Assembly (NCBI GenBank): GCA_964106915.2 | Contig: OZ066914.1 | Length of the DNA stretch: 64,000 bases | Source: Podarcis gaigeae | Lineage: Eukaryota | Reading direction: 5' to 3' (one strand) | Made by a program: the position numbers and the translations under genes | Notes under the pieces: model-generated | Database searches by the model: none | Told to the model about the DNA's origin: nothing | The model's input: only the letters and a program-made list of their open reading frames with translations | Part shown: piece after piece, positions 62,542 to 64,000 of the stretch | How positions within the stretch are numbered: position 1 is the stretch's first letter | Layout of the letters: each line of letters begins with the position of its first letter

Positions 62542-62622
62542 TACTTGCAAACGAAGCAAACAATAGAAAGGTGGCTTTATAAAGGGATTGGGGAAATTCA
62601 TGGTATAGTGTTCATTGTATTC

Positions 62623-62765
62623 ACTGGATAGTGTTCTCGAAGCTACCAGCATGAATTTGACCAAACTGTGGAAGGAAGTGGAAGACAGAAGTGCCTGGCG
62701 TGCTCTGGTCCATGGGGTCACGAAGAGTTGGACACGACTAAGCGACTAAACAACAACAACAACAA
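62623..62765 (+). mobile_element. BovB/RTE extreme 3' end
   Basis: Same sequence as the other copies plus (CAA)n tail. Confidence 0.85.
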
Positions 62766-63938
62766 ATTAATGGTGGATAAGGCTTCCCAGGGCTACCTCC
62801 ACTGCAGAGACAGAGCACCAGTGGCTAGGGAACAGGAGGAATGGGGCAGAGGGCTGTTGCCACCATGTTGTCGCTTGCGAGCTTCCCATAGACATCTGAT
62901 TGGCCACTGTAGAAACAGAATGCAGGCCTGGATAGGCCTTTGGTCTGATGCAGCAAGGCTCCTCTCACATTCTTAAAGACACTGTAAGGCTATGCACACA
63001 TAACTGCCTTAAAATGGAGGAAGGCATACCCTCCAGTCACACCCTATATGTTGGAAGGTCTTCGAAGGTCATTGACTGACTGAATGGCCGGGGGTTCACT
63101 GTTCAAATCCCATTCTAATCATTGAAAACTATGCGATCCCAAAAGGGTGGAATGTTTCGTTGAAGCAGCAACGAATTTCCCCAAAAGATTAATATTTGAA
63201 AAGGAGCCTTGACAAATTGTTTCATCTTCTTACAGCAGTGACAGCGCAATCTCTCAATAAAATTCTGGTCTCCCCACAAACAGTTGAGTGTGAAAAGGAG
63301 CTGAAAATGAAATGACTACAATCTAAGTGCAATAAATGTACAGTTTTTGAAGCTAAATTGGAGCCGTCTTCTGTGATCAGAAACAGAATTACTAACTTCT
63401 GAGTGTTTGGGGGAAGAAGGAATTCATCACTTTAACCCAAGAGAAAGTGATAAGTAGGTGAGTGTGCTGTACAGTCCCTGGAGAAGATATATTTGAGGAG
63501 AACACATGAACACAGGCTACTGGTTTTACCTCCTATGTGAGTTGGGTGTATTATTTTTCTGCAGACGAGAAGGTAAATATGAAATGAACAAACATGGATT
63601 GTTTTTATATTTTGCTGCAAGCCGCCCAGTGTGGTTGAGGAAAACCAGCCAGATGGGCAGGGTATAAATAACAAATTTATTATTATTATTATTATTATTA
63701 ACAAAGAATGCCTTCTTATCAACTGATCAGCAGTGGTGTAGCAGAGAAGGGACTTCACAACAGGATTGATGATATCATCTTCCATATCATCTGTCCATTT
63801 TACATTAGGCTAGTCCAGGAATTCCTCTGCAGTTTGTATTTCTTCCTTCATACCCCAAATCAAAATCCTATTATTGATTAATTTATAGGGCTTAGGGGGG
63901 TCCTTCCCAAATCTATAACAATATAGATGGATATATAT

Positions 63939-63972
<34 letters not shown>
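63939..63972. repeat. (CAA)n microsatellite
   Basis: Direct observation. Confidence 0.95.
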
Positions 63973-63974
<2 letters not shown>

Positions 63975-64000
63975 GATTGGAATCTACCTCATTAGTCTGC

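Larger units (their letters stand above)
55400..63870 (-). pseudogene. Putative relic exons of an unidentified multi-exon gene
   Basis: Acceptor-led protein-like segments starting at 59521, 57753, 57440, about 62543, 63560 and about 63866, with an in-frame stop, an apparent 2-nt frameshift and a MITE insertion. Confidence 0.4.

Noticed and set aside
57000-64000. TESMIN/MTL5 terminal exons expected by synteny
   Set aside because: No CXC domain or recognisable TESMIN C-terminus in the minus-strand segments examined

Overview
Vertebrate genomic DNA, very likely a squamate (lacertid-type lizard, inferred from a young Sauria SINE, BovB/RTE LINEs, Penelope and Copia remnants). Two genes were reconstructed exon by exon from splice sites and reading-frame phase. 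(1) Minus strand, 33479 down to 192 and continuing past the left edge: 19 phase-consistent coding exons (883 codons) of an SLC9C-family voltage-gated sperm Na+/H+ exchanger. The window holds the complete NHE transport domain, the cytosolic helices and the voltage-sensor domain; the CNBD lies outside. (2) Plus strand, about 43740-53990: a complete preprogalanin (GAL) gene, 118 aa, arranged head-to-head with SLC9C about 10 kb away. The predicted mature peptide is an unusually divergent 27-mer (GWTVNSAGYLLGPSAIDKVFNAQPGLA-amide), and a 66-nt in-frame cassette exon can insert 22 aa inside the peptide. Right of GAL (about 55.4-63.9 kb, minus strand) is a chain of exon-like segments with stops, a frameshift and a MITE insertion, probably an unidentified decaying multi-exon gene. 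The rest is TE-rich intron or intergenic DNA (Tc1/mariner and hAT MITEs, BovB, L1, CR1, L2, Penelope, Copia, microsatellites), plus a 200-N assembly gap in the GAL proximal promoter. Most entries in the supplied ORF track are spurious. Family comparisons are from memory; no searches were run.
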